The notes: generated by a model not told the origin, from the sequence alone. A stretch of DNA of 64,000 bases from Treponemataceae bacterium (GCA_963667725.2 CAXXHO010000005.1:160001-224000); one strand, 5' to 3'. Shown: positions 50,248 to 61,079, numbered from the stretch's first letter. A program made the numbers and translations.

Positions 50248-50741
50248 GCCTTAGCCTCCTGTACGGACTTCGCTTCCTGCACTCCCTTGAGAATTCCTAC
50301 GAAGGTCTGGAATATGAAGACTCCGAAGGCAGGCGGGAAAATCCAGTATACCCAACGTTTGGGTATGCGCATGTTGGTGCTCACCTGGGTGCCGGCGAGC
50401 TTGATGAATTTAAAGGCGATGAAAAACATCGCGACGAAGAATATGAGGGAGAGGAGTTGCTGAAAAACGAGGAGCCAAGCCTTGGGAGCCTTGGGCAGGT
50501 ACTCCTCGAGCACGCTCACGTTGATATGGCTCCTGCGCTTGGCTATCATCGCCGCGCCGATCATGACTGCCCAGATATCGGCGTAGCGAGTGAGCTCTTC
50601 CGTCCACATCAGGCCCGTTCCGAAAACATATCTCAACAAAATCTGCGTGGCATAGGTGGCCGTCATCAACATGAACAGCGTGACGATGACCCAGCCGCAT
50701 ATCTTGTCAAGGATGTCACTGGTTCTCAGCAACGCTTTCAT
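50244..50741 (-). CDS. dctQ: TRAP transporter small permease
   Basis: Four TM helices, RYVF...WTEELTRY, HINV. Confidence 0.92.
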   Translation of the reverse strand: MKALLRTSDILDKICGWVIVTLFMLMTATYATQILLRYVFGTGLMWTEELTRYADIWAVMIGAAMIAKRRSHINVSVLEEYLPKAPKAWLLVFQQLLSLIFFVAMFFIAFKFIKLAGTQVSTNMRIPKRWVYWIFPPAFGVFIFQTFVGILKGVQEAKSVQEAKA

Positions 50742-50837
50742 ATCGATACTCCTTGCGTTAGGCATGCGAGAAAAGGCTGTCCTGGAAGTTGGTCGCTACC
50801 GGGGCAGCCCCTCAAGAAAATTATTTACTGGTCTCGA

Positions 50838-51809
50838 TCACTTAATCGCCAGGATGGCGTCATAGAATTTTTTCACGTCGCCCTTGGCGTATTTGTTGAT
50901 GACGGGCTGGACTGCCTTGACGAAGGGTTCGGTGTCGAGGCTGTTGAAGACCATGCCCTTGGAGATGAGTTCGGCTTTGGCTTTTGCCTCGTTGCCTTTC
51001 TGGTCGAGTCCGAGCTTGTAGGCCGCGTCCGTGGCGGCTTTCTGGATGACGGCCTGATCCGCGGCGGGGAGCTTCTTGAACCAATCTCCCGAGGCCAGGA
51101 GCGTGGCCATGGCGAAGACATGTCCCGTCTCGGAGACATATTTCTGTACTTCGTTGATCTTGTAGTCGCGGGTAGTGATGATGGTGTTCTCATGACTGTT
51201 GACGGTGCCCTGCTGGAGCGCGGTGTAGACTTCGGACCATGCCATGGCCTGAGCGTTGGCGCCCATCGCCTTGAAGGCTTCGACGAGAACGGGGCTTTCG
51301 CTGATGCGCATCTTGAGACCCTTGAGGTCTTCGGGCTTGGTGATGGGGAATTTGGCGTTCGTCACGTGGCGGTAGCCGCGGGGCATCAGGGAGAGCGACT
51401 TCAGGCCGTACTGATCGGAGAGGTCGAGGAGATCCCTGGCTGTCTTGGAAGCGATGAATTTCTCGACATGGTCCCAGCTCCTGAACAGGAAGGGCATATC
51501 GAGGACGTTGATGGCGTTGATGAACTGGCTGGCGTCGCCAGAAGTGATGACGGCGAACTGGAGGTTGCCGGCCTGCATGGCTTCCATGAGGGGGCCGGAA
51601 TCGCCGAGCTGGCCGCCGCCATAGATGACGATCTTGTACCTGTTGCCGGTGCCGGCTTCGACCTGCGCCTTGAATTCCTTTGCCCAGTTGTCGTAGGCGG
51701 TGTTGGGCGCGGCGATGTGGCCGAGCTTGAGTTCCTTCTGGGCGAAAGCGCCGGCGGTTGCGCCGAACATCATAGCGGCGACGAGCAGAGCGATAATCCC
51801 TTTCTTCAT
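50838..51809 (-). CDS. dctP: TRAP transporter substrate-binding protein
   Basis: Signal peptide, GGGQLG, DLKGLKMRI, EVYTALQQGTVNSHEN. Confidence 0.93.
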   Translation of the reverse strand: MKKGIIALLVAAMMFGATAGAFAQKELKLGHIAAPNTAYDNWAKEFKAQVEAGTGNRYKIVIYGGGQLGDSGPLMEAMQAGNLQFAVITSGDASQFINAINVLDMPFLFRSWDHVEKFIASKTARDLLDLSDQYGLKSLSLMPRGYRHVTNAKFPITKPEDLKGLKMRISESPVLVEAFKAMGANAQAMAWSEVYTALQQGTVNSHENTIITTRDYKINEVQKYVSETGHVFAMATLLASGDWFKKLPAADQAVIQKAATDAAYKLGLDQKGNEAKAKAELISKGMVFNSLDTEPFVKAVQPVINKYAKGDVKKFYDAILAIK

Positions 51810-51832
51810 GATGATCCTCCTTGAATACCTTA

Positions 51833-51855
51833 AATGTGCCACTATGTAGCACATT
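51833..51855. promoter_or_regulatory. Palindromic operator upstream of dctP
   Basis: AAT-GTGCCACT-A-TGTAGCAC-ATT; near-copy of the site at 55513-55529. Confidence 0.65.
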
Positions 51856-51909
51856 GTTCACATACAAAGTCGCGGACCGACAGGTTTTCCCGCCGTCGCC
51901 TCGCTCAGC

Positions 51910-52935
51910 TCAGACCGTCTTTCCCGCGGCCTTGGCTAAGTCGTAGGCCACCTGGATGATCCAGTCTTCCTGACCGCCCACGGCCTTGCGTTTCCCAAGC
52001 TCGATGAGGACGTCGCGCACGTCGACGCCGAAACGCTCGGCGCCCTTCTTAGCGTGGAGCATGAAGCTGGAATAGACGCCCGCGTAGCCCATGATAAGGG
52101 AGTTGGAATCGTGCCGAGGGAGAGGTTTGCCCTTCGCCGCCACGAGGGGGAGGAGGACTTTCTCCGCCGCGTCCATCGTTTTGAAAAGGTCGGCGGCCAC
52201 ATCGGCGCCGGACTTCTTCAGTGCGCCTACAAGCATCTCAGTGGCCGCGTTGCCGGCCCCGGCGCCCATGCCTCCCAGGGAACCGTCGATGTAGGTGGCT
52301 CCGGCCTTGACGGCGGCGAGCGAATTGGCGACGGCGCAGCCCAGGTTGTCGTGGGCATGGTGGCCGACGGGAATCTTGAGCGCGGCTTTCAGGGCCGCGA
52401 CGCGTTCGCCTACCTGGTCGGGCAGAAGGGCTCCTGCCGAATCCGTGGCGTAGACGACGTCGGCGCCGTAGGATTCCATGATGAGGGCCTGCTCCACGAG
52501 CTTGGCCGTGTCGGCCATATGGGCCATCATGAGGAAGCCCACGACGAACATGCCCATTTTCTTGGCCGCTTTGATGTACTCTTCGGAAACGTCGGCTTCG
52601 GTGACGTGGGTAGCCACGCGCACGACGCTGGCGCCCCGGCGCTGGGCTTCCTCGAGGAGATCGAGGGTGGCGATGCCGGGCACGAGGAGGACGGCGATTT
52701 TAGCCTTCTTCACTACCCTGGCCGCCGCCTGGATGAGGTCGAGCTCATTTTCGAGTGAAAAGCCGTAGGTGAGGGAAGCGCCGCCGAGACCGTCGCCGTG
52801 GTTCACCTCGATGATGTCGACGCCGGCATCGTCGAGGGCAGCCGCTACTTTGGCCACATCGGCGCTCGTATACTGATGCGAGACGGAGTGGCTGCCGTCC
52901 CTCAGGCTCGTGTCGGTGATATAGACTTTGCTCAT
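51910..52935 (-). CDS. dmpG: 4-hydroxy-2-oxovalerate aldolase
   Basis: [48 protein letters not shown]. Confidence 0.95.
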   Translation of the reverse strand: MSKVYITDTSLRDGSHSVSHQYTSADVAKVAAALDDAGVDIIEVNHGDGLGGASLTYGFSLENELDLIQAAARVVKKAKIAVLLVPGIATLDLLEEAQRRGASVVRVATHVTEADVSEEYIKAAKKMGMFVVGFLMMAHMADTAKLVEQALIMESYGADVVYATDSAGALLPDQVGERVAALKAALKIPVGHHAHDNLGCAVANSLAAVKAGATYIDGSLGGMGAGAGNAATEMLVGALKKSGADVAADLFKTMDAAEKVLLPLVAAKGKPLPRHDSNSLIMGYAGVYSSFMLHAKKGAERFGVDVRDVLIELGKRKAVGGQEDWIIQVAYDLAKAAGKTV

Positions 52936-53807
52936 CGTTTGCCTTCCTGAATGCGTTGGGCGAATTTCTCCGCCACCGCCACCGCGGCCGCGTTGATGAT
53001 GTCCAGGTTGCCCGTATGCTTGGGCAGGAAATCGCCCAGGCCTTCCACTTCGATGACGGTGGTGACCGTATCGCCCTGGAGGATGGGTTCGACGAGGAAG
53101 CGGTAGCCGGGAACGTAAGTTTTTACGTCGGCGAGAATTAGATCTATCGAGGCTCGGATGGCCGTCAGGTCGGGCCTGCGAACCCTGCAGAGGATGGTGT
53201 TGCGCATCAGGATGGGGGGATCGGCGGGATTGAGGACGATGATGGCCTTGGCCTGGTCGGCGCCGCCGATGACCTTGAGCGCCTTCGTCGTCGTCTCGAT
53301 GAACTCATTGAGGTTCTGCCTTGTTCCCGGCCCCGCGCTCCTGGAGGAGATCGAGGAGACGACTTCCGCGTAATAGACGTCTGCGGCGCGGTTGATGGCG
53401 TACACGATGGGCGAGGTGGCCTGTCCGGCGCAGGTGACCATGTTGACGTTGTCGAGCTTGAATATTTCCTCGCTGAGATTGACCGAGGGCACGACATAGG
53501 GGCCAATGGCGGCAGGGGTCAGGTCGATGGCGATCTTACCAGCGGCCTTGAGCCTGGGCGCATGGATGAGGTGGGGTCCTGCCCCGGTGGCGTCGAACAC
53601 TATCCTTATGTCATCCACCGCAAGCATCTCGTCGATGCCTTTGATGGTCGTGGGGATGCCGAAACCCTTGGCGATCTCAATGCCGGGGGATTCCTTGACG
53701 CCCACCACATAGGCTACTTCGAGGAAGGGACTCCTCCTCAGCTTGACGAGAAGGTCGGTGCCGATATTGCCGGGGCCGATGATGGCCGCCTTGATCTTTT
53801 GTGCCAT
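52932..53807 (-). CDS. mhpF: Acetaldehyde dehydrogenase (acylating)
   Basis: [45 protein letters not shown]. Confidence 0.95.
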   Translation of the reverse strand: MAQKIKAAIIGPGNIGTDLLVKLRRSPFLEVAYVVGVKESPGIEIAKGFGIPTTIKGIDEMLAVDDIRIVFDATGAGPHLIHAPRLKAAGKIAIDLTPAAIGPYVVPSVNLSEEIFKLDNVNMVTCAGQATSPIVYAINRAADVYYAEVVSSISSRSAGPGTRQNLNEFIETTTKALKVIGGADQAKAIIVLNPADPPILMRNTILCRVRRPDLTAIRASIDLILADVKTYVPGYRFLVEPILQGDTVTTVIEVEGLGDFLPKHTGNLDIINAAAVAVAEKFAQRIQEGKR

Positions 53808-53820
53808 TGTTCCTTTCCTT

Positions 53821-54609
53821 TTAATAGAAAGCGATTTCGACGGAGCCGAGCGTCGAATAATCCGCCCTGAAGCGATCGCCCTTGCCGGCGCTTATGGCCG
53901 CGGAAAGTGCCCCAGAAAGAATCACTTCGCCCTTTTTGAGCATGGTGCCGTACTTCCTCATGGAATTGGCCAGCCAGGCCACGCAGTAGGCGGGATCGCC
54001 AAGGACGTCGGTGCCTTTGCCGCCATTCTTGCGTTCGTCATTCAGGGAAAAATCCATAACCTCGGCCTTGAGGTCGATTTCGGCGATCTTCTTCCGCACC
54101 CTGCCCAGCACGTACCTGCCCGAGGACGCGTTGTCGGAGACCGTGTCGCAGTAGCCGATCTTCCAGTTGCCGATGCGGCTGTCCACGATCTCGAGAGCCG
54201 CGACGACGTAGTCGGTCGCGGCGAGCACATCGGCCGCCGTGATCTCGCCGGCCATATCGAGGTCGCGGGCGAGGACAAAGGCGATCTCCGCCTCCACCTT
54301 GGGCTGGACCATGGTGGCGCGCTCGATCCGTTCGCCCGCCGCTTCCATGTCGGAGAAGAGGTGGCCGAAATCGGGCGTTGTGACGCCGAACATGTCCTGC
54401 ATGGGCTTGGAGGTGAGGCCGATCTTCTTGCCGGATATCTTTCTGCCCACGGCCAGCGCTCGCTCAACATTGCGCATCTGCACGGCATAGGCGTCGTCGA
54501 CGTCGATGGCCGGGTAGGTAACGGTAAGTTTCTCGATGGGGACGCAGGTCCTGGAAGCGGCGTCGAGGGCGTCGGCGGCCGCGACGATTTCAGCTGGTGC
54601 GAGAGCCAT
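53821..54609 (-). CDS. mhpD: 2-keto-4-pentenoate hydratase
   Basis: [38 protein letters not shown]. Confidence 0.92.
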   Translation of the reverse strand: MALAPAEIVAAADALDAASRTCVPIEKLTVTYPAIDVDDAYAVQMRNVERALAVGRKISGKKIGLTSKPMQDMFGVTTPDFGHLFSDMEAAGERIERATMVQPKVEAEIAFVLARDLDMAGEITAADVLAATDYVVAALEIVDSRIGNWKIGYCDTVSDNASSGRYVLGRVRKKIAEIDLKAEVMDFSLNDERKNGGKGTDVLGDPAYCVAWLANSMRKYGTMLKKGEVILSGALSAAISAGKGDRFRADYSTLGSVEIAFY

Positions 54610-55448
54610 CAGAAGACTCCCGCGAGGAAGGACTCGACCACGGCGCAGAAGCGCGCGTTCTGCTCGATCTGGGTCCAGTGGCCGCAGTTGCCGAACATGT
54701 GAAGCTGGGCATTGGGGATGAGCCTGAAAAGCATCTGGGAAGTCTCGACGGGAATTACCTGATCCTCCCGCCCGTGGATGATGAGTGTGTCGTGCTTGAT
54801 GGATGCTATGTCGGCCGAGGCGCAGGCCATGGCGTCCACGCTGCGCTGGCGAGGCGCCGGGAACATGGAGCCGAAGCTTTCCTGATAGCCAGGACGGATC
54901 GAGGCTTCGTAGCGCATCTTCACCAGATCCGGCGTGATGATAGCCTTGTTCGAGACGAAGTGATTGAGGGCTTCGGACATGGCCTCATAGGAAGGCTCAT
55001 AGCCCCAGACCTTGTCGAGCCACTCGGTGATGGGGAACTGGACGCCCATGGCTCCCATGAGGACGACCTTGCGGATGCGCTCGGGATAGTGGATGGCCAT
55101 GTAGAGGGCGAGGCCTCCCCCGAAGGAATTGCCCACCAGGTCGACCTTGTCCAGCTTCATGGCGTCGAGAAAATCCTTGAGCTGCTTGCCCCATACGTCC
55201 ATGTTGAACTGTATGCCAGTGGGCCGCTCGGTGTAACCGAAACCGATCATGTCCAGGGCGATGACCCTGCGGGTGGCAGCGAGCTTGGGAAGAACGAGGC
55301 GCCAGTTGGCCCAGGCGGTCACGCCGGGTCCGGAACCGTGGACGAAGACGACGGGATCGCCTGAACCCATGTCGTGATAATTGACGGCGATGCCGCCCGC
55401 CTGGATAGTCTTTCCGATCTCAGGATTGCCCTGTTTCTGTTCTGCCAT
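54609..55448 (-). CDS. Meta-cleavage product hydrolase (DmpD/XylF/BphD family)
   Basis: HGSGPGVTAWANWR, GNSFGG nucleophile, HGREDQVIP, CGHWTQIE. Confidence 0.93.
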   Translation of the reverse strand: MAEQKQGNPEIGKTIQAGGIAVNYHDMGSGDPVVFVHGSGPGVTAWANWRLVLPKLAATRRVIALDMIGFGYTERPTGIQFNMDVWGKQLKDFLDAMKLDKVDLVGNSFGGGLALYMAIHYPERIRKVVLMGAMGVQFPITEWLDKVWGYEPSYEAMSEALNHFVSNKAIITPDLVKMRYEASIRPGYQESFGSMFPAPRQRSVDAMACASADIASIKHDTLIIHGREDQVIPVETSQMLFRLIPNAQLHMFGNCGHWTQIEQNARFCAVVESFLAGVF

Positions 55449-55512
55449 AACAACATCCTCCCAACGGGATTTTCCCGCATTGATTTGCTATTTGCTTTAC
55501 GGTATTCTTATC

Positions 55513-55578
55513 GTGCTACATTGTAGCACACCGTTCTTATATATAAACATGATAATAGCCCTTTCTCGAACCTGTCAA
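55513..55578 (-). promoter_or_regulatory. Sigma-70 promoter and palindromic operator of the hydrolase operon
   Basis: Minus strand TTGACA (55578-55573), 18 bp, TATCAT; perfect GTGCTACA-T-TGTAGCAC at 55513-55529. Confidence 0.75.
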
Positions 55579-55595
55579 GCGGGATTTTTCAACTA

Positions 55596-56390
55596 TCAGC
55601 TAGATTTATAGCCGAGGGCTCTCGAGATGGCCTTCGCGGCCTCGCTGACCGCGCGATCGACGAAGGCTACCCTTTCCGGATCCGATCGGATCGTGGGGGC
55701 TGAAACGCTGATGGCCGCGCATACGAGCCCGCTGCTGTCCCGCAGAGGCGAGGCGGAGCAGACGAGCCCTTCGGCGAATTCCTCGTCGTCGCGGGCTCTG
55801 TCCTCCCTGCGGACTCTGGCGAGCTCCGCCTTGAAAGCTTCCGGATCGACAATCGTCTTGCTGGTCCGCGCCAGAAGGCCGTGACCTATGACGCGCTCAA
55901 TCTCCGTCGCCGGCTGGAAGGCGAGGAGGCACTTCCCTACCCCGGTGCAGTAGGAGGGATTTCTCTTTCCGACGAATGATGAAATCTTGAGAGTGTTGTC
56001 GGCCTCCACCTTGTCGATATAGACAACTTCGCCCCTGTCGTACACGGCGAGATGAGCCGTTTCCCCGAGCTGATCCACCAGGCCGCTGAGAACCGGATGG
56101 GCGACGCCCGCGACATCGAAGCCGGCGAGCTTGGCGTTGCCCAGCTCCAGCGTTCTCAAGCCCAGCCTGTATCTGCCGTTGTCGGGATTCTGTTCGACGT
56201 AGCCTCGGCGTTCCAGGGTGCACAAAAGCCCGAAAGCCGTGCTCTTATTGAGATGGAGTCCGCGGGCGATATCAGAGACACCGGCTTCGGGCCTGTCCTT
56301 CGAGAAATATTCGAGTATCGTCAGGGCGCGGTCGACCGACTGGATGAATCCCGAGGGTCGAGGAGCCACGTGTTCGGGTTTTATGGACAT
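55596..56390 (-). CDS. IclR-family transcriptional regulator
   Basis: IQSVDRALTIL, KSTAFGLL, GETAHL, CTGVGK, AAISVS. Confidence 0.95.
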   Translation of the reverse strand: MSIKPEHVAPRPSGFIQSVDRALTILEYFSKDRPEAGVSDIARGLHLNKSTAFGLLCTLERRGYVEQNPDNGRYRLGLRTLELGNAKLAGFDVAGVAHPVLSGLVDQLGETAHLAVYDRGEVVYIDKVEADNTLKISSFVGKRNPSYCTGVGKCLLAFQPATEIERVIGHGLLARTSKTIVDPEAFKAELARVRREDRARDDEEFAEGLVCSASPLRDSSGLVCAAISVSAPTIRSDPERVAFVDRAVSEAAKAISRALGYKSS

Positions 56391-56462
56391 GAATCCATAA
56401 TAAATGGCGATCCGAGAGAATGTAAAGACGGATGCTTGCCAGGTTCAGCCAGCAAAAAAAAT

Positions 56463-56509
56463 TTGACAGAATCGCGGAGTGATGGTAGCATCTACCTGTA
56501 GTACAGGTA
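56463..56509 (+). promoter_or_regulatory. Sigma-70 promoter with a FadR-type operator
   Basis: TTGACA (56463), 17 bp, TAGCAT preceded by TG; perfect TACCTGTA-G-TACAGGTA at 56493-56509. Confidence 0.78.
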
Positions 56510-56543
56510 TACAAGGTGATTCGCTCAAGGAAAAGAAGGGAAA

Positions 56544-57332
56544 ATGGATAAAGCGAAAACTATATCGGAAGCCCTCGCCAGCGGAAAGCTCGTCATAGGC
56601 GGCCATGTCTTCCTCACCGATCCTTCCATCTCTGAAGCCATGGCAGGTTTCGGCTACGACTTTCTCTGGATAGACGCCGAGCACGGTCCTTTCGACAAAG
56701 AAAAGCTGCTCGCCCACATAGTAGCCGCGAACGGCGCCGGCGCCGCCGCCTTCGTCAGGGTTGCCGGCAACGATCCAATCCTGATCAAGCCAGTCCTCGA
56801 AATGGGCATAGACGGCATCATTATCCCCATGGTCTGCACGGCCGGCGAAGCGAAGAAGGCGGTCGAAGCCTGCCTCTACCCTCCCAGGGGCATCCGCGGA
56901 TTCGGCCCCAGAAGGGCGATACGCTACGGCATGATTCCCATGGACGAATACCTGTCCAAAGCTGACGAGTCCTTTCTCAGGATTGTCCAGATCGAGCATG
57001 TCGAGGCGGTGAACAATCTGCGCGAAATTCTCGCCGTCGATGGACTCGACGCCGTCATCATAGGCCCCAACGATCTCTCCGCTTCCATAGGCAAGCTGGG
57101 TCATCTAAGGGATCCCGAAGTCATCGCGCTCTATGAGAAGATCGTCCGCATCTGCAAGCAGGAGGGAAAGCCCTGCGGCGTCTCAATCGGCCCTGGGGAC
57201 AGAAAGTTCATCAGGGAGTGGATAGAGCGGGGCGTGGACTTCATATCCTGTGGCGATGACATCAGCTTCATGGCGATGGGCGCCGCGCAGACGATGGACT
57301 ATATCCGCGATTGCCCTCGGCAGTCGAAATAA
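56544..57332 (+). CDS. HpcH/HpaI-family class II aldolase
   Basis: DFLWIDAEHGP, YPPRGIRG, VQIEH, IGPNDLS. Confidence 0.92.
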   Translation: MDKAKTISEALASGKLVIGGHVFLTDPSISEAMAGFGYDFLWIDAEHGPFDKEKLLAHIVAANGAGAAAFVRVAGNDPILIKPVLEMGIDGIIIPMVCTAGEAKKAVEACLYPPRGIRGFGPRRAIRYGMIPMDEYLSKADESFLRIVQIEHVEAVNNLREILAVDGLDAVIIGPNDLSASIGKLGHLRDPEVIALYEKIVRICKQEGKPCGVSIGPGDRKFIREWIERGVDFISCGDDISFMAMGAAQTMDYIRDCPRQSK

Positions 57333-57367
57333 TAAAAGCGATCGAGACAAAAAAAGGAAAGGTCGGA

Positions 57368-58120
57368 GTGGAAAGTCCGAATTGGGAGATCAAGCGCACA
57401 AATCTCTACGAGCAGATCGCCGACGCGCTGGAGAACGCGATTCTTCAGACAGGGGTCAACGCGCTCGCGGAGGGGGATTCGCGCGGCGAGGACAAACTTC
57501 CCTCCGAACAGGCGCTCGCGGCCAAGTTCGGCGTCAGCCGAACGGTCATCCGCGAGGCGCTCAAACTGGTGAAGGAACGGGGCCTCGTCGAACAGCGCAC
57601 GGGCGAAGGCTCGTACATTACAAAACCGCGCCCCGACGCGGTATCGAGCGTCATGAGCCGCATGATCCTCATGGACAACATCGGCGACGATGAAATCGTC
57701 GCCGTAAGAGGCATCCTCGAGATCGCTTCCTGCCGCCTCGCCGCGGTAAATGCCGATGAAGCGGACATCGTGCAGATGCAGTCGACGCTCGACGCCATGA
57801 GAGAGCACTGGGACGACAACGAGGCAATGATACGGATGGATACCGACTTCCACATCGCCATGGCCAAGGCCAGCAAGAATAAGCTCCTCGGTATTCTCAT
57901 AGAAGCGATGACGGTGCTTATCCGCAAATTCATCCGTAAAAGCATCTATGCCCCAGGAGCGAAACCCGACGGCATGATGCGGCACGCGCTTATCATGGAC
58001 GCCATCAAGAGCCGCGACCCGGATGTGGCCGAGGCGGCAATACGAAATCACCTTGAAGTCTCGCGCCAGAATGTCGAATGGTTTACACTTCACTATGGTT
58101 CCAAGAGGACGGATGCCTAA
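57368..58120 (+). CDS. GntR/FadR-family regulator
   Basis: KLPSEQAL..KFGVSRTVIREAL; FCD domain with DTDFH; GTG start assumed. Confidence 0.92.
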   Translation: MESPNWEIKRTNLYEQIADALENAILQTGVNALAEGDSRGEDKLPSEQALAAKFGVSRTVIREALKLVKERGLVEQRTGEGSYITKPRPDAVSSVMSRMILMDNIGDDEIVAVRGILEIASCRLAAVNADEADIVQMQSTLDAMREHWDDNEAMIRMDTDFHIAMAKASKNKLLGILIEAMTVLIRKFIRKSIYAPGAKPDGMMRHALIMDAIKSRDPDVAEAAIRNHLEVSRQNVEWFTLHYGSKRTDA

Positions 58121-58159
58121 GGCGCCGCCCCAAGCAATATGTTTTCAGGAGGAGTCACG

Positions 58160-59155
58160 ATGAAAAAGCTGATGATCGCGCTCTTGGTCCTCGCGTTGGC
58201 GGGCAATGCGGTTTTTGCCCAGGCCGCCAAAAACAAGCCGGTGGAACTCGTCTATACAATGACCGCCGTGCCCACTGACGCCCATGCCGGGGCGATGCGG
58301 GTTTTCAAGGAAGTAGTCGAGAGAGTTTCCGCCGGAAACATCAAGGTTAAGACCTACGATTCCGCCTCGCTCTTTAAGCAGGAACAGGAAGTCTCGGCCG
58401 TCAAGTCCGGACAGGCTGACATCACCGCGACCGCCGCTCCCTGGCTCACCGACGGTTCGCCCTGGCTTTCGATGTTCACGGCCGGCTACATGTTCAAGAG
58501 CTATGACCACATGACGAAAGTGCTCAACGGCGAGATCGGCAAGCAGGCATTCGAACGCGTGGCCAAGGAACAGGGCATCCGTCCCCTCGGCGCCCAGTAT
58601 CTCGGCACCCGCCAGCTCAACATGGTCAAGGACGTATGGATCAAGACTCCGGACGATCTCAAGGGCGTTAAGCTCAGAATGCCCAATTCCGATTCCTGGA
58701 TATTCCTCGGAAAGGCACTCGGCGCCAATCCCACGCCCATTTCCTTCTCGGAACTGTACATGGCGCTGCAGACCAAGACCGTCGACGGACAGGACAATCC
58801 CCTGCCCAGCACCAAAAACGCGAAATTCTATGAAGTGACGAAGTCCATCACTATCACCAACCATATCGTCGACTCCGTATGGCCGGCCATCAACGAAGCC
58901 AAGTGGCAATCCCTGACCGACCAGCAGAAGGGCTGGGTCATGGAAGGCGTAAAAGCAGGCATCAAGTACTGCGACGACACCAACCTGAAAGCGGAAGCCG
59001 AACTCGTCGCCTTCTTTGAGAAGGCCGGTCTCAAGGTCTACAAGGCTGACATCGACGCATTCAGCAAGTATGTACTCGACCAGTATCTTAATTCCCCATA
59101 CGCCAAGAAATGGGACATGGATCTTTTCAAGAGAATCCAGGCTGCCGCTAATTAA
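58160..59155 (+). CDS. dctP: TRAP transporter substrate-binding protein
   Basis: Signal peptide, DLKGVKLRMP, ELYMALQTKTVDGQDNP. Confidence 0.93.
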   Translation: MKKLMIALLVLALAGNAVFAQAAKNKPVELVYTMTAVPTDAHAGAMRVFKEVVERVSAGNIKVKTYDSASLFKQEQEVSAVKSGQADITATAAPWLTDGSPWLSMFTAGYMFKSYDHMTKVLNGEIGKQAFERVAKEQGIRPLGAQYLGTRQLNMVKDVWIKTPDDLKGVKLRMPNSDSWIFLGKALGANPTPISFSELYMALQTKTVDGQDNPLPSTKNAKFYEVTKSITITNHIVDSVWPAINEAKWQSLTDQQKGWVMEGVKAGIKYCDDTNLKAEAELVAFFEKAGLKVYKADIDAFSKYVLDQYLNSPYAKKWDMDLFKRIQAAAN

Positions 59156-59181
59156 GGTTCGGGAGAGAAATCTCGCATAGT

Positions 59182-59242
59182 CGGAAAGAGGGAGGATGTT
59201 CATCCGGGCATCTTGTCCGGATGGGGGCCCTCCCTCTTTCCG
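59182..59242 (+). other. Long intercistronic stem-loop after dctP
   Basis: CGGAAAGAGGGAGG ... CCTCCCTCTTTCCG outer stem and CATCCGGGCA-tct-TGTCCGGATG inner stem. Confidence 0.65.
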
Positions 59243-59262
59243 TAATTCGCGGAGGAATATTC

Positions 59263-59781
59263 GTGAAAAAGCTGCTGTTCGCCGTTAGGGACATTTTCGA
59301 AATATATGTTCCCGCCATCGCCTTCCTGACGATGTTCGTCTCTTTCATTATGCAGGTCTTCAGCCGCTATGTTATAAACATGCCGCTGACCTGGACCCAG
59401 GACCTCATCGTCATGGGGTTCGTCTGGACCGTGCTTTTCGGCGCATGCTACACCATGAGGGCGCGCCGGCACGTCAAGTTCACCATGGTGTACGACAAGC
59501 TCAACCCCCGTCCTGCGGCGCTTTCTCGCCTTGCGGGCAACGCGATCATCGTTTTGACCTTTCTGATGCTGATCATCCCTTCGTGGAAATATGCCTTTTT
59601 CCTGTATTTCCAGAAGACAGCCGTTCTGCGGATCAATTACACGTATATTTTCCTCCCTTTTGTCTATCTGGCCATTTCAGTCATCGTCTATACCATCGAG
59701 GAAATGATCGAAGACATTAAGGTACTGCGCGGCAAGCTTGCCGATTCCAGGGATCACATGCAGGAGGAGTTCATAAAATGA
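59263..59781 (+). CDS. dctQ: TRAP transporter small permease
   Basis: Four TM helices, QVFSRYV..PLTW, HVKF. Confidence 0.9.
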   Translation: MKKLLFAVRDIFEIYVPAIAFLTMFVSFIMQVFSRYVINMPLTWTQDLIVMGFVWTVLFGACYTMRARRHVKFTMVYDKLNPRPAALSRLAGNAIIVLTFLMLIIPSWKYAFFLYFQKTAVLRINYTYIFLPFVYLAISVIVYTIEEMIEDIKVLRGKLADSRDHMQEEFIK

Positions 59782-61070
59782 GCGCAGCCCTTCTCGTCGC
59801 CTTGATCATATTCGTCCTCATTTTCCTGCTCCGGATGCCTATAGCATTCGGTATGATTTCCTCCGCCGTCGCCTATCTTCTCATAAAGGGCCAGGATTTG
59901 GGGCTCGTAGCCAACCAGATCGTCAACACCTATTATACGAATTACGTGATCATCGCGGTTCCCCTGTTCATGTTCACCGCCAATGTGATGAACTCGGGCA
60001 AAGTGACCGACATGATCTTCAATTTTTCCAACGCGTTGTGCGGCAGAATGCGGGGAGCGCTCGGGCACGTCAACATCCTCGGTTCCCTAATCTTTTCGGG
60101 CATGACGGGATCGGCCATCGCCGACGCGGCGGGACTTGGGAAGATCGAGCTCCAAGCCATGAAGTCGAACGGTTTCGATGATTCCTTCTCCTGCGCCATC
60201 ACCGCCGCGTCATCCACGCTCGGGCCGATTTTTCCGCCGAGCATACCGCTCGTAATCTACGCCATGCTGTCGGGAACCTCAGTCGGCGCCTTGTTCATGG
60301 GAGGCATGGTCCCGGCGATTCTTCTCACGGTTGCCTTGATGGTCTATGTCGCCATTGTTTCAAAGGTAAGAAATTACCCGCGCGGCCCGCAGTTCAAACT
60401 GAAGGCGTTCATCGCGCTCACGATCCAGGCACTCCCATCCCTCCTCACGCCGGTAATCCTTCTCACCGGCATTTATACTGGCGTCATGACTCCTACCGAA
60501 GCGGGCGCCATTGCCGGCCTGTACGCCATTCTGATCTCCATCTTCGCGTACAAATCGCTCAGTCCGAAAGAATTCTGGAAAGTGGTCAAGACTACCATCC
60601 AGGATGTCGGCGCAACCAGCATCATCATCGGAGCAGCTGCCATAATCTCCTATGTCGTGGCGAGAGAAGATATTTCGACAGGACTGGCGAAATGGATAAT
60701 GGGCATATCGAGCAACAAGAACTTCTTCCTCTTCCTCGTGAATATCGTAATCCTGCTGCTCGGCATGTTCATCGACACTTCCACGATCCAGCTAATTTTC
60801 GTCCCCATCCTCTTCCCCGTGGCAAGGGCGCTGGGCATCGATATGGTCCACTTCGGCCTCGTCGTCACCTTCAATATGATGATAGGCCTCTCTACGCCGC
60901 CCTTCGGCATGCTGCTTTTCATCACATCCTCGATTTCCGGCACGCCACTGAAGGACATCGTCAAGGAAATTTTCTGGCCACTTCTCGCGATGATAATCGT
61001 GCTGCTGGTCATCACCTACATCCCGGACACTGTGCTCTTCCTGCCCAGGGCCGCGGGTTTGCTTAAATAG
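59778..61070 (+). CDS. dctM: TRAP transporter large permease
   Basis: AVPLFMF, FSGMTGSAIADA, PPSIP, TPTEAG, STPPFG. Confidence 0.95.
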   Translation: MSAALLVALIIFVLIFLLRMPIAFGMISSAVAYLLIKGQDLGLVANQIVNTYYTNYVIIAVPLFMFTANVMNSGKVTDMIFNFSNALCGRMRGALGHVNILGSLIFSGMTGSAIADAAGLGKIELQAMKSNGFDDSFSCAITAASSTLGPIFPPSIPLVIYAMLSGTSVGALFMGGMVPAILLTVALMVYVAIVSKVRNYPRGPQFKLKAFIALTIQALPSLLTPVILLTGIYTGVMTPTEAGAIAGLYAILISIFAYKSLSPKEFWKVVKTTIQDVGATSIIIGAAAIISYVVAREDISTGLAKWIMGISSNKNFFLFLVNIVILLLGMFIDTSTIQLIFVPILFPVARALGIDMVHFGLVVTFNMMIGLSTPPFGMLLFITSSISGTPLKDIVKEIFWPLLAMIIVLLVITYIPDTVLFLPRAAGLLK

Positions 61071-61079
61071 GAGAAATCA

